From the NCBI GenBank assembly GCA_963733055.1, contig CAVTBR010000001.1, positions 384,001 to 448,000 on the forward strand: a stretch of DNA of 64,000 nt, written 5' to 3'. The notes under the pieces were generated by a model. That model was not told where the DNA came from and made no database searches. It was given only the letters and a program-made list of their open reading frames with translations. The DNA comes from Candidatus Bathyarchaeota archaeon. GTDB taxonomy: Archaea; Thermoproteota; Bathyarchaeia; 40CM-2-53-6. The translations under genes and the position numbers were made by a program. Positions 1-9,965 of the stretch are shown one piece after another; the first letter of the stretch is position 1; every line of letters starts with the position of its first letter.

Positions 1-2
1 TA

Positions 3-1433
3 ATGTCAAAATTCTACGGCGAATCAGAAGCTAGGCTACGTGAGATATTTCAGAAAGCCCAGGAAACCTCTCCGAGCATCATATTCATCGACGAAATGGA
101 CGCCATCGCACCCAAACGTGAAGAGGTAACCGGTGAAGTTGAACGCCGAGTCGTGGCCCAACTGCTCTCGCTTATGGACGGAATGGGTTCAAGAGGAAAC
201 ATCATAGTCATCGGAGCCACAAACAGGCCAAACGCAATCGACCCCGCCCTTCGAAGGCCCGGCAGGTTTGACAGAGAAGTAGAGATCGGCGTCCCAGACA
301 AAGCCGGACGATTCGAGGTCCTTCAGATTCACACCAGGAACATGCCGCTCGCCGAGGACATGGATCTGAAACGATTGTCCGAGGTAACTCACGGTTACAC
401 CGGAGCCGACACCGCCTCTCTATGTCGAGAAGCTGCTATGAAAGCGCTGAGAAGGTACATCCCTGAAATCAATCTAGAAGAAGAAAGAATCCCGCCCGAA
501 ATGTTAGAGAAGATGGTCGTCAAGATGGACGACTTCCTCTCCGCATACCGCGAAATCACCCCGACCGCAATGCGAGAGGTCTACGTGGAGGTTCCGCAAG
601 TCCATTGGGATGAAGTCGGCGGCCTGAAACAAGTAAAGCAGGAGCTCATGGAGTCGGTTGAATGGCCTCTGAAGAAACCGGAGGTCTTCACGAAGATGGG
701 CATCAAACCACCCCGGGGAGTGCTACTATACGGACCACCCGGATGCGGGAAGACACTTCTGGCAAGAGCAGTTGCGACCGAGAGCGAAGCCAACTTCATC
801 TCGATAAAAGGACCGGAAATATTCTCCAAATGGGTTGGAGAATCTGAGAAAGCCATCCGTGAAGTATTCAGAAAAGGAAGAACCGCAGCCCCCGCGATTA
901 TCTTCTTCGACGAACTTGACGCTATTGTGCCAAGACGAGGCCTGGGTTACGCTGACTCGGGTGCGAGCGAACGCGTGATCAGCCAACTCCTTACAGAGAT
1001 TGACGGAATTGAAAGCCTTCAAAACGTCCTCGTCATAGCGGCAACGAACCGGCCCGATATGCTCGACCCCGCCGTTCTGAGGCCGGGCAGGTTTGACAGA
1101 CTAATCTACGTACCATCCCCAGACCTGGACTCGTTGAAAGAAATCTTCAAAATACACTCAACCGGCATGCCACTTTCGGCCGACGTCGAACTGGAGGATT
1201 TGGCCCGAAAGGCTCAAGGATATTCGGGCGCCGACATCGAATCCGTCTGCAGAGAAGCAGCCATAACCGCCCTACGGGAAGATATCAACTCGACCGAAGT
1301 TTCAAGGCGAGACTTCAACATAGCCATGGAGAGAGTCGGCCCAAGCATAGCGACGGAGGACGACACTTTCTACCAGAAATTCTCAAAACGACTCAGAAGG
1401 GAAAGAGCGACCGCCCCAACCCCAGTAGCATAG
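3..1433 (+). CDS. cdc48: CDC48/VCP family AAA+ ATPase (5' end outside window)
   Basis: Walker [33 protein letters not shown], second AAA module GPPGCGKT / IFFDELD. Confidence 0.97.
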   Translation: MSKFYGESEARLREIFQKAQETSPSIIFIDEMDAIAPKREEVTGEVERRVVAQLLSLMDGMGSRGNIIVIGATNRPNAIDPALRRPGRFDREVEIGVPDKAGRFEVLQIHTRNMPLAEDMDLKRLSEVTHGYTGADTASLCREAAMKALRRYIPEINLEEERIPPEMLEKMVVKMDDFLSAYREITPTAMREVYVEVPQVHWDEVGGLKQVKQELMESVEWPLKKPEVFTKMGIKPPRGVLLYGPPGCGKTLLARAVATESEANFISIKGPEIFSKWVGESEKAIREVFRKGRTAAPAIIFFDELDAIVPRRGLGYADSGASERVISQLLTEIDGIESLQNVLVIAATNRPDMLDPAVLRPGRFDRLIYVPSPDLDSLKEIFKIHSTGMPLSADVELEDLARKAQGYSGADIESVCREAAITALREDINSTEVSRRDFNIAMERVGPSIATEDDTFYQKFSKRLRRERATAPTPVA

Positions 1434-1437
1434 TCAA

Positions 1438-1698
1438 GTGTTCACGGAGTCAACTCGATTGGAGAAAGTGTGGGGACCACGACCCCTCCACCTTTTCGTA
1501 CTAGATGTCATAGGACGAAAGGGGCCATTAACCGACGATGAACTGCTCCGTGAAATCCGAAGCGGCAAGGAAGACCTTAGCTTTCGCGAATTGAACCGAA
1601 TACTGTTGAAGTTGGAAGTCAACGGCCTAGTAAGAGTTTCACGCCAGATGAAAGGCAAACGCCGCGTGGAGATTGCCGAAGAACGAAACATTAGATAG
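1438..1698 (+). CDS. Small winged-helix protein
   Basis: 86 aa, starts 4 bp after cdc48; wHTH pattern LSFRELNRILLKLEVNGLVRV. Confidence 0.75.
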   Translation: MFTESTRLEKVWGPRPLHLFVLDVIGRKGPLTDDELLREIRSGKEDLSFRELNRILLKLEVNGLVRVSRQMKGKRRVEIAEERNIR

Positions 1699-1763
1699 AA
1701 GACGCCCCATCCCCCACGTCGCGGACGCTACACGCGCCCCAAATTGCATAGTCGAGAAACCCC

Positions 1764-2996
1764 ATGCCCAATCTGTCAGCTGATGTTATCGTCGTTGGAT
1801 GCGGAGTAAGCGGCGCCACCGCAGCGCTGGCAGTTGCCCAGAAGAATGTATCCGTCTCATTATTCGAGGAACATTCGCAGGTTGGAAAACCCTCCCACTG
1901 CTCGGGGCACGTTGGAATTCCGGCCTTCAAACATTTCAGCCCTGAAATCCCGGAGCGGATAATCGAGAATCGGATCAGAGGAGCGGTCCTGAACTCGCCT
2001 GGAGGTACCCCTCTTACGCTCCAGCGTTCGAAACCTGTAACGTGGGTTCTCAACCGGGCAGCCTACGACCAATACCTCGCCGAGTTAGCGGAAAAGAGCG
2101 GTGTCGCACTGCACATGAATTCTCGCGTTGAAAGCTACAAGCGCATGGACAACGGGGAAATCCAATTGAAAGTTAGTGGCAACAAAGAGCGGGAACCTTC
2201 TTGCAAGGTGCTTATCGACGCAAGCGGAGCCGGAGCGGCCGTCTCTAGATATGCCGGCCTTTCAAAACTTGGAAGAGGCATTGTAGTTAACTCCGCCCAG
2301 GTTAGCGTGGAAAACCTCGTAGACGTTGATGAAGACTTCGTCGAAGTATACTTCGGCCAGGGGTTTGCGCCGGGTTTCTTTGGGTGGATAATCCCTCGCC
2401 GGGACGGGACTGCAAAGGTCGGCATTGCCGCAGGCGCTCGAGCAAACGTTCGCGAATGCTTTGAACGATTCATCGGTAAACACCCTACAGTTTCAACTAA
2501 GCTGAAGCACTCGAAACAGATGACCGCGCCAAGCTACCACCCCATTCCCGTAGGAGGAGCGGTTAACCGGACATACACGGACAATATTCTCGCGGTTGGA
2601 GACGCAGCTTCGCAGGTCAAACCAACAACCGGAGGCGGGATAGTATTTGGCCTAGCCTGCGGCCAAATCGCGGGCGAAACCGCCGCAAAAGCCGTACTTG
2701 ACTTGGAGTTTTCAGCGTCGCGTCTGGAAGAGTATGAAATCCGTTGGAGGAGGATGTTCGGCTTCGACTTGCGTGCCATGTCTTGGCTAAGACGACTTCT
2801 CTACCGCCTTCCTGATCGTAATCTTGACCGAATTTTCAATATAGCCCAAGAATTAGGTGCCGATCAGATTCTCAATACGACAAACGACATCGACTTCCAA
2901 GGTCGGACACTACTATCGCTAGCACGCGACCCCCGACTATTCATTACTCTTCTATCGGCATCTATCCTCTCATTCCCATCATTGATTCATACTTAG
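1764..2996 (+). CDS. Geranylgeranyl reductase family FAD-dependent oxidoreductase
   Basis: GxGxxG (GCGVSG), CSG, GWIIP and GDAASQVKPTTGGGI motifs. Confidence 0.9.
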   Translation: MPNLSADVIVVGCGVSGATAALAVAQKNVSVSLFEEHSQVGKPSHCSGHVGIPAFKHFSPEIPERIIENRIRGAVLNSPGGTPLTLQRSKPVTWVLNRAAYDQYLAELAEKSGVALHMNSRVESYKRMDNGEIQLKVSGNKEREPSCKVLIDASGAGAAVSRYAGLSKLGRGIVVNSAQVSVENLVDVDEDFVEVYFGQGFAPGFFGWIIPRRDGTAKVGIAAGARANVRECFERFIGKHPTVSTKLKHSKQMTAPSYHPIPVGGAVNRTYTDNILAVGDAASQVKPTTGGGIVFGLACGQIAGETAAKAVLDLEFSASRLEEYEIRWRRMFGFDLRAMSWLRRLLYRLPDRNLDRIFNIAQELGADQILNTTNDIDFQGRTLLSLARDPRLFITLLSASILSFPSLIHT

Positions 2997-3072
2997 CGAA
3001 TCGTGCAAATCCTCCTCATAAGCGCGGGAGATTTGCAGTTAATGTTAATAGTTGTAGATTCTGAAGTCATCC

Positions 3073-3318
3073 TTGGGTGGCTCACCTGCTACAACTAGAG
3101 AATCATTTGGAGCAGTGGTAGAGTTTCCCTGTAAGCTCTGCAAGCTTAAGGAACGAAAACAGCTTGACAGGATGATTATAATGGGTGCACTCTATCGTGA
3201 CATTCAAAGAAAGTTCAAGATTCATAGTGTTTCTATGATCTCGTACCACAAGGGAACATGCCTCGGGTTAATCCCACCGCGAAAGAAGAGTGCTTATCCG
3301 GTGGAGAGGCCGTGGTAG
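3073..3318 (+). CDS. Small hypothetical protein with CxxC...HxxxC and HTH-like core
   Basis: CKLC-x-YRDIQRKF-x-ISYHKGTC; fills the gap between GGR and etfA. Confidence 0.5.
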   Translation: MGGSPATTRESFGAVVEFPCKLCKLKERKQLDRMIIMGALYRDIQRKFKIHSVSMISYHKGTCLGLIPPRKKSAYPVERPW

Positions 3319-3320
3319 AA

Positions 3321-4293
3321 TCAGGTCTTTCCTAACTGCTTAACAGCTTCCATGAAGGCGGGCACGAATTCGTATAGGTCGGCTATGACATTGTAGTCGC
3401 TGAATTCGAATATTGGTGCCTTCGGGTCGTTGTTCACGGCGACTATCACCCTGCTGTTTCTAATTCCGGTTAAGTGCTGAATTTGTCCTGAAATTCCAAG
3501 GGCTAAGTACACTTTGGGGCTTACCTTCTGACCTGAGAGACCAACGTACTGGTCCTCCGGCAACCAACGTAGATCTTCCGCGATGGGCCTGGAGCAGGCG
3601 ACCACACCGCCGACAGTTTTGGCGAGCTCTTCGACTAACGCTATGTCCTCCTTCTTCCGAACGCCGCGCCCGAATGAAACGATGACTGGCGCGTCCCCCA
3701 AGCTTCACGCCTTTCACAGGTTTCGGTTTCGTTTCAACTATCTTTGTGCTTGGGGGTTTGAATTTCGGTTCAACCTTGATTACCTCTCCCTTTCGCGTCG
3801 CGTCTGGAGGAATGGGGGAAAAGAGTCCTTTGGCGACGGTTGCGATTTGTGGTTTAGTTTTTGAAATGTGAGTCTCAACCAAATTGCCGCCCCACGTAAC
3901 CCTGTCCATTAGTAAATACTTCTTCTCCGCGTCGAGTTCAAGTTTGGTTGCTTCGGTTACGCAACCTGTCTTTAGGCGTTCGGCTAGGCGCGGCGTGAAC
4001 TCTAACCCGTTTCGAGTCGCTCCGATTAGAAGAATGTCGGGTTTCCGTTCGGTTATGAGATTTTCGAAGGCGTCGGTGTAGGTGTCGACTTGAAACGAAC
4101 CCAACGCCGGGTTGGTTAATGTTAAGACCTTGTCAGCGCCGCTTTGGATTAATTTGTTTCCATCCTCTGTCGAAGTAATTGCGACCACTTCACTGCTAAG
4201 ACTGTCAGCCAGACCCCTGGCTTTGCCAAGCAACTCCAACGTCAGTTGTGGAGTTTCGGAGAATACCCAGACTCCTTTGTTTTCTTGTGCCAT
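3321..4293 (-). CDS. etfA: Electron transfer flavoprotein alpha subunit (split by +1 frameshift at 3695-3699)
   Basis: N part (VWVFSE, PRLAERL) and FAD domain (GRG, CSRP, VGLSG, GISGQIQH) are in two frames; removing one G from the G5 run restores KLGDAPV. Confidence 0.92.
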
Positions 4294-4295
4294 AC

Positions 4296-5090
4296 TCAGG
4301 CCGCCTTCAGAACTCCTTCCTGGACTAAGGCCTTGGCAATCTTTGGCGCTATTTCTCGTGCGTCACCTTGGAGTACGATCCGTCTTCTTTCTCCGACTGT
4401 GACCGAGCTTCGGGCGATATCAATCAGCGACCCGTCGAAGCCGAGTTCTTCTGGCCCCAACGCAAGGTCGGTTGAGGCCCAGACGTTTGTTGGCTTCTTC
4501 GATGCCGCCATAATTGCCATCAGGGTTGGAAGCCGAGGTTCATTGATCTCCCTAACTACACTAACCAAACATGGCAGTTTGGCTTCCACAACCTGCCTCT
4601 CATTCTCAAGATCCCTCTCCACGATGACACGGTCGCCCTCCAAGGTCAGTTTGGCGGCATACGTTAGCTGTGGCAAATTGCACATCTCCGCGAGTCGTGG
4701 CCCAACTTGGAAAGCGTACAAATCCTCTGAATATGCTCCGCAGAGGACCAGATCGTATTCAAGAATCTTGGTGACCGCAGCCGCCAGGACATTGGCAGTT
4801 GCGTGAGCATCTGAACCCTCAAAGAGCGGGTCTGTGAGCAAGCATGCCTCGTCCGCCCCCATCGCCAGCGCCTCTCTTAGCGCCTCCTTTGCTTCGGGTG
4901 GGCCGAGGGTTATCGCGATGATCTTTCCGCCATGTTTCTCTTTAATCCTCACGGCCTCTTCGAGGGCGTTCTTGTCGACCTCGCTGATGACTCGTGGCAC
5001 GCCTTGGGTGATTATGGTTTTGGTGCTACGGTCGACTTTGAGGTCGGCTGTTTGAAGGACTTGTTTCATGAGGACTATGATGTTTACCAT
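4296..5090 (-). CDS. etfB: Electron transfer flavoprotein beta subunit
   Basis: MKQV, NALEEAVRIKE, ALAMGAD, INEPRLP motifs; adjacent to etfA. Confidence 0.95.
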   Translation of the reverse strand: MVNIIVLMKQVLQTADLKVDRSTKTIITQGVPRVISEVDKNALEEAVRIKEKHGGKIIAITLGPPEAKEALREALAMGADEACLLTDPLFEGSDAHATANVLAAAVTKILEYDLVLCGAYSEDLYAFQVGPRLAEMCNLPQLTYAAKLTLEGDRVIVERDLENERQVVEAKLPCLVSVVREINEPRLPTLMAIMAASKKPTNVWASTDLALGPEELGFDGSLIDIARSSVTVGERRRIVLQGDAREIAPKIAKALVQEGVLKAA

Positions 5091-5140
5091 CGCCGATCAC
5101 GAAGAGGTGGGCTGCCTCAACGCGTCATTGAATTAATACG

Positions 5141-7165
5141 TTATGCAGCCGAGATTTGTTCAGCTACGAGTTCGGCGATGTCACGCACTGTAGTGGACTC
5201 CTTGGCCCCCGCCGCAACTGATGCATCTTCAAGCATGGATGTGCAAAAAGGGCAAGCAGTGGCTAGGACGTTTGCTTGCGTTTCCTGCGCTTCCTCGAAA
5301 CGGATCGCTCCCACTTTCTTCTTCTGTTCAACTTTATACCAGAAGTTTGCGCCACCCGCCCCGCAACAGAAACTTCCCTCCCTAGACCGTTTCATCTCGA
5401 CCATTGCTGTGGGTGCCAATGAAGAGATTACTTCTCTTGGGGAATCGAAGACTCCATTGTATCGGCCTAGGTAGCAGGGATCGTGGAACGTAATTGTTCG
5501 CTTGGCTTCAGGTTTGAGCTTTAACATCCCTGACTTGATGAGCTGTTCTATGAATTGTGAGTGGTGTATGACGGTGAAGGTCGTTCCGAATTCGGGGTAT
5601 TCGTTCTTGAATGTGTTAAAACAGTGTGGGCATTGTGTTAGAACGGTTTTTACGTTATACTTCTTGAAGATTTCAGCTAACTCTATCGCGCTCTGTTGAA
5701 ATCGCCCTTCCTCTCCTAACCGCCTCGCAGACTCGCAGTTGCATTTCTCCTCAGTTCCCAGTATAACGAAACGGACCTTCGCGGCGTGAAGAATCTTAAC
5801 CATTGCCCGCGATACTGATTGATTTCGTGGGTCGTACGAACCTGAACACCCGACCCAGTAGAGTACGTCAAACTCAGGCTGCTCCTTCGCCGTTTTCACG
5901 CCCAACCCTTCCGCCCATTTCATGCGGTCCGATTGCGGCAACCCGTAGGGGTTTGCGGAATTGCCCAGATTCGTTAACAGGTCCCTCTTGGGTCGATCCA
6001 GCTTTCCTTCGCCAACCAAATGTCTTCTCATGTCGACGATTGCGTCTATGTGGTCGATGAGGACTGGGCATTCGTTCACGCATGCTCGGCAGGTGGTACA
6101 CGCCCAGAGTTCCTCGGGGTTCACGATGCCCGGCATGATTGGGCTTGGGTTCCCTCCGTCAAGTGTGCTCTGGGTCAGCATCACGTTTCTGAGTTTGAGT
6201 ATGAGATGCATGGGGGAGAGGAGTGTTCCCGCGGCGGTTGCGGGGCATGCGTTTGTGCACCGGCCACATTGAGTGCACGAATCAAACGACAACCTTTGCT
6301 GCCAGGAGAAATCTGTGATCGCTGAGGCGCCCACTTTCACATCGAAACTTCCCGATACCAGAACCTGCCTCAGGTCGAAGGGACTGCTGAGTTGGCCTTT
6401 GGGCCGTAGGTGGATGAAGAGTGCGTTGAGTGGGGAGGTGAAGATGTGGAAGAGTTTTGTATACGGTATGCTGGCGACCGCGGTGAATGCGAGGAGGGCA
6501 TGGAACCACCACAAACCCTGATAGAATAGAACAATCGACGGCCCAACTAGGCCGCGGCTTGTTAGGAAGAGGGCAACTCGGTAGCCTATGAAGGACCATG
6601 GAGCCCAAGCGGGTTTGTCAACGGCGAGCCGAATTCCCTCCATCAGATAGCCCGTGAGTAGGATCACGATTAGAGTGGAATAGATGAACAAGTCATCTCG
6701 CGACGTGGGAAGGTTAGGGGGTCTAGAGACGACACGCCTGAAGATGGCGATAAGAAGCCCAATTATCGCGACGATTCCGAACGCGTCTAGGAAAGTTTCG
6801 AACGTGAGATAAAAGTAGCCTACGAGGATTTGTTTGTGGAAAAGTGGAACCCAGAGATCACTGTCTATCATCACAAGAGTGGTTCCGATCAAGAGAACGA
6901 TGATGCCACTGTAAATCAGCACGTGCATTAAGCCTGGATATCGTTTCTTTGCGACTTTCCGTTGAGCAAAGACGTTCGTGATCGTCCTGAGAATGCGTTC
7001 CGGGACGTGATCGAGTTTCGGTGCTGGGCAACCTTTGAAGTAAATGCGAACTCGTCGGTAGAAACCGTACAGAAATGCTAATGCAAAGCCTGAGAGAACC
7101 GCGTACATTACTAGATAGGTTAGCGGTGGAAGGAGGTCGTATGTTATGCGGTGCGGTTCAGTCAA
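5141..7165 (-). CDS. Membrane-bound Fe-S oxidoreductase (FadF / ETF:quinone oxidoreductase type; NarI-like TM domain, 2x[4Fe-4S], CCG domains)
   Basis: About 5 TM helices with His residues, CTQCGRCTNACP and CTTCRACVNECP, HDPCYLGR, CCGAGG, ACPFC. Confidence 0.9.
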   Translation of the reverse strand: MTEPHRITYDLLPPLTYLVMYAVLSGFALAFLYGFYRRVRIYFKGCPAPKLDHVPERILRTITNVFAQRKVAKKRYPGLMHVLIYSGIIVLLIGTTLVMIDSDLWVPLFHKQILVGYFYLTFETFLDAFGIVAIIGLLIAIFRRVVSRPPNLPTSRDDLFIYSTLIVILLTGYLMEGIRLAVDKPAWAPWSFIGYRVALFLTSRGLVGPSIVLFYQGLWWFHALLAFTAVASIPYTKLFHIFTSPLNALFIHLRPKGQLSSPFDLRQVLVSGSFDVKVGASAITDFSWQQRLSFDSCTQCGRCTNACPATAAGTLLSPMHLILKLRNVMLTQSTLDGGNPSPIMPGIVNPEELWACTTCRACVNECPVLIDHIDAIVDMRRHLVGEGKLDRPKRDLLTNLGNSANPYGLPQSDRMKWAEGLGVKTAKEQPEFDVLYWVGCSGSYDPRNQSVSRAMVKILHAAKVRFVILGTEEKCNCESARRLGEEGRFQQSAIELAEIFKKYNVKTVLTQCPHCFNTFKNEYPEFGTTFTVIHHSQFIEQLIKSGMLKLKPEAKRTITFHDPCYLGRYNGVFDSPREVISSLAPTAMVEMKRSREGSFCCGAGGANFWYKVEQKKKVGAIRFEEAQETQANVLATACPFCTSMLEDASVAAGAKESTTVRDIAELVAEQISAA

Positions 7166-7296
7166 ACCGAAACCCTGCCTTGCTGCGCCTCTCCTAAGCT
7201 AAAAGAAGTTTCGCGCTTACTGTATACGTGCCAGATGAACATCCGAAGATACGTACAATAGCCACCGAACCAAGACCCCGTCGCTGTGAAGTTGCC

Positions 7297-8418
7297 TTGA
7301 ACAAAGTCAAAGTCGTTCAGTACGGCTTGGGACCAATAGGACTGGGAATCGTTGAAGTTCTATTATCCAGACCTTGGGTCCAACTGGTAGGCGCCGTAGA
7401 TATTGACCGTGCTAAGGTTGGGAAGGATGTTGGTCAACTTCTCGCTAACCCTCGAAATACGGGCATCGTCGTAACTGACAAGGCAAAGGAATCCCTGAAG
7501 GGTGGGGGTGTGGACGTCGTTACGCACGCAACCTCGTCTTACATGAAGGCCATTCATCCTCAATTAATTGAAATTCTTGAGCATGGGACAAGCATTGTGT
7601 CAACGGCTGAAGAACTCACCTACCCCTTCGCTAAACACCCCGCGATGGCGAAGGAGTTGGATGAGCTTGCGAGAAAGAAGAATGCGGTCGTTCTTGGATC
7701 CGGGATTAACCCTGGCTTTTTGCTAGATACGTTGGCCGTGGCGTTAAGTGGTGTGTGCCAGAAGGTGAACTCTATTCGGGCGGAGCGCGTGGTCGATGCG
7801 TCACTTCGTAGGTTGCCTCTTCAGAAGAAGATCGGAGCCGGAATGTCTCCCGCAGATTTTGATAAGAAAGTTGCCGAGGGAGCAATCAAACATGTTGGCC
7901 TGCCCGAATCGGTAGGCCTCGTCTCGTTAGCCATGGGATGGAAGGTTGGCGAAATTCAAGAGAGAATTACACCGGTAATCGCCGAAAAAGAAGTTCAGAG
8001 CAAACACTTCAAGGTTAAGGCGGGTGAAGTGGCAGGGGTTCGGCAAGTCGCAAAGGGCATACTCGCCGGCCAAGAATTAGTCGTTCTTGATCTACGAATG
8101 TATCTGGGGGCTCCAAACCCGCACGACTCAGTTCTCATCGACGGTACCCCGCCGGTGGATATGACGATCCGAGGAGGTGTTCAAGGAGACAGCGCGACTC
8201 CAGCCGTAATAGTTAACGCGGTACCAAAATTGAAGAGACTGGAGCCGGGATTGAGAACGATGCTGGACCTGCCTCCTATTTCCCGCGGCTCGATTACTCG
8301 AGTGATGATCGATCTGTTATGCTCAAAACCTTCTAGCCGAGTCGCCTATGTGTTGCTTTTTACGAATCGTTCTACGGATGCAATTAGGTTGTCAATGTCC
8401 GAATCGGTGTGCGCGTAG
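7297..8418 (+). CDS. NAD(P)-dependent amine dehydrogenase / 2,4-diaminopentanoate dehydrogenase-like (DapB-like N-terminus)
   Basis: YGLGPIG Rossmann motif, STAEEL, GSGINPGF, GLRTMLDLP; likely TTG start at 7297; tail overlaps the convergent gene. Confidence 0.8.
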   Translation: MNKVKVVQYGLGPIGLGIVEVLLSRPWVQLVGAVDIDRAKVGKDVGQLLANPRNTGIVVTDKAKESLKGGGVDVVTHATSSYMKAIHPQLIEILEHGTSIVSTAEELTYPFAKHPAMAKELDELARKKNAVVLGSGINPGFLLDTLAVALSGVCQKVNSIRAERVVDASLRRLPLQKKIGAGMSPADFDKKVAEGAIKHVGLPESVGLVSLAMGWKVGEIQERITPVIAEKEVQSKHFKVKAGEVAGVRQVAKGILAGQELVVLDLRMYLGAPNPHDSVLIDGTPPVDMTIRGGVQGDSATPAVIVNAVPKLKRLEPGLRTMLDLPPISRGSITRVMIDLLCSKPSSRVAYVLLFTNRSTDAIRLSMSESVCA

Positions 8419-9662
8419 CTGATTGCACCGTGCAACCTGTCCGGAACTACTACCACTATCCCGTCGTCAAGCATATGCCTGAACAGTCTCCTGGATCTAT
8501 CGTGATCACAATTCGCGTAGCTTCCGGCGTCCTTTATGGGACCCTTGTCTGTCGTGTGTATGCTGAAGACTGAACCCATACCCGTCACCTGAGCCGGGAA
8601 CGCGTTGTCCTTGAAGACCCTGTTGAGTGAAGCCCGTGCTTTTTCTCCGAGTTTGTCTACGTGCTCGTAGACGGGAGTGTGTTCTAGTACGTGGATTGTG
8701 GCGAGTCCCGCGGCTAGGGTTAGTGCGTTGCCTGCAAAGGTACCACCATGGTAAGCCAATTCTGAGCCTGAGTATTTTGTATGGTCCATTCTTTCCATTA
8801 TTTCGCGCGATCCGCAGACCGCGCCGATGGGCAGGCCGCCGCCAATTATCTTGCCCATTACCGTAACGTCCGGTTTGACGTTGAAAAATCCCTGCGCGCC
8901 ACTCAGGCTTACCCTAAACCCGGTAATCACTTCGTCGAAAATCAGCAGTGCGTCCGTATCGTCGCAGTATTCCCTTAGGCCCTTGAGAAACTCCTTCTCC
9001 GCCGGAATCATCCCCCCCGCCCCTAGGACAGGTTCGAGGATGACGCATGCCAGCCTCTCCCCTTTCGTTCGTTTCAGAAATCCGTCAAAATCGTTGTAAG
9101 GAACTACGACCGTGTCGGATTGAGATGCTATTGAGATACCACCGGAGAGAGGCTTTTCGAACGGTGGCATCATGGCAAGGTGGAGTGGATCGTAAGCGCC
9201 GTGCCACCCTCCCTCAAACTTAGCGACCTTGTACCTTTTCGTGAATGTCCTAGCCAGACGGATTGCGAAGAAGTTGGCCTCGCTTCCAGAGCTGGTATAG
9301 CGGATCATTTCCGCGCTTGGCACGTGCTTGCTTATCGTTTCGGCAAGCGTGACCTCTAGTTCATGTTCGAGCCCGAAATGCCAACCGAGTTCCGCTTGGT
9401 TCTTGATTGCTTGCATGACGATCGGGTGTGCATGGCCAAGGATCATGGCGAAATGTGTGCACCAGTAGTCGGTGTATTCGTTGCCGTCTAGGTCGATGAG
9501 TTTTGCCCCGTGGGCTTCTTTAACGAAGAACGGGTATGGTTCAAAGTACCGGTTCCGATATGAGACGCCCGCAGGTTGAACTTGCTTTGAGCGGGTGAAG
9601 AGTGCACGTGAGAGCGGAGTCCGCTTGGTGTACGCAGTTTCTTTTGAACTGAGTTCCTCCAT
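8346..9662 (-). CDS. Class III PLP aminotransferase (glutamate-1-semialdehyde aminomutase-like)
   Basis: SGSEA, FEGGWHG, FDEVITGFR, MGKIIGGGLP, HGGTFAGN. Confidence 0.9.
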   Translation of the reverse strand: MEELSSKETAYTKRTPLSRALFTRSKQVQPAGVSYRNRYFEPYPFFVKEAHGAKLIDLDGNEYTDYWCTHFAMILGHAHPIVMQAIKNQAELGWHFGLEHELEVTLAETISKHVPSAEMIRYTSSGSEANFFAIRLARTFTKRYKVAKFEGGWHGAYDPLHLAMMPPFEKPLSGGISIASQSDTVVVPYNDFDGFLKRTKGERLACVILEPVLGAGGMIPAEKEFLKGLREYCDDTDALLIFDEVITGFRVSLSGAQGFFNVKPDVTVMGKIIGGGLPIGAVCGSREIMERMDHTKYSGSELAYHGGTFAGNALTLAAGLATIHVLEHTPVYEHVDKLGEKARASLNRVFKDNAFPAQVTGMGSVFSIHTTDKGPIKDAGSYANCDHDRSRRLFRHMLDDGIVVVVPDRLHGAISYAHTDSDIDNLIASVERFVKSNT

Positions 9663-9835
9663 TATTAGAACACGAAGACCCTCTACGGCTAGGAGACGAT
9701 TTCAGGTTTTCCAACTGAGCTGGTTTACGTTGATTGGAGCTTGTAATAATGCGCTGTGTGTTTGGGAGCAAGTTTGCAAGTACAGGGGTTAAATATCAAA
9801 AAGAAAATCCCTTTCACCGTAGGGTTTGATGAAAG

Positions 9836-9952
9836 TTGCAGGTTGCGTCAGCATACATCAGATGTGGTTATTGCAGCCAGACTATAGCTCGGGAAAGCCC
9901 ATACTGCCCCTACTGCCAGAAGAAATTCCTCTTCAAGGGTTTAGGCCTCTAG
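9836..9952 (+). CDS. 38-aa zinc-ribbon microprotein (not in ORF track)
   Basis: Hand translation MQVASAYIRCGYCSQTIARESPYCPYCQKKFLFKGLGL*; TTAAATA box at 9789-9795. Confidence 0.6.
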   Translation: MQVASAYIRCGYCSQTIARESPYCPYCQKKFLFKGLGL

Positions 9953-9965
9953 GTTTTCCTATCGG

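Noticed and set aside
8346-9662. Calling this gene hemL
   Set aside because: No tetrapyrrole genes nearby and the N-terminal motif deviates (GVSY vs GGVNS); left as HemL-like.
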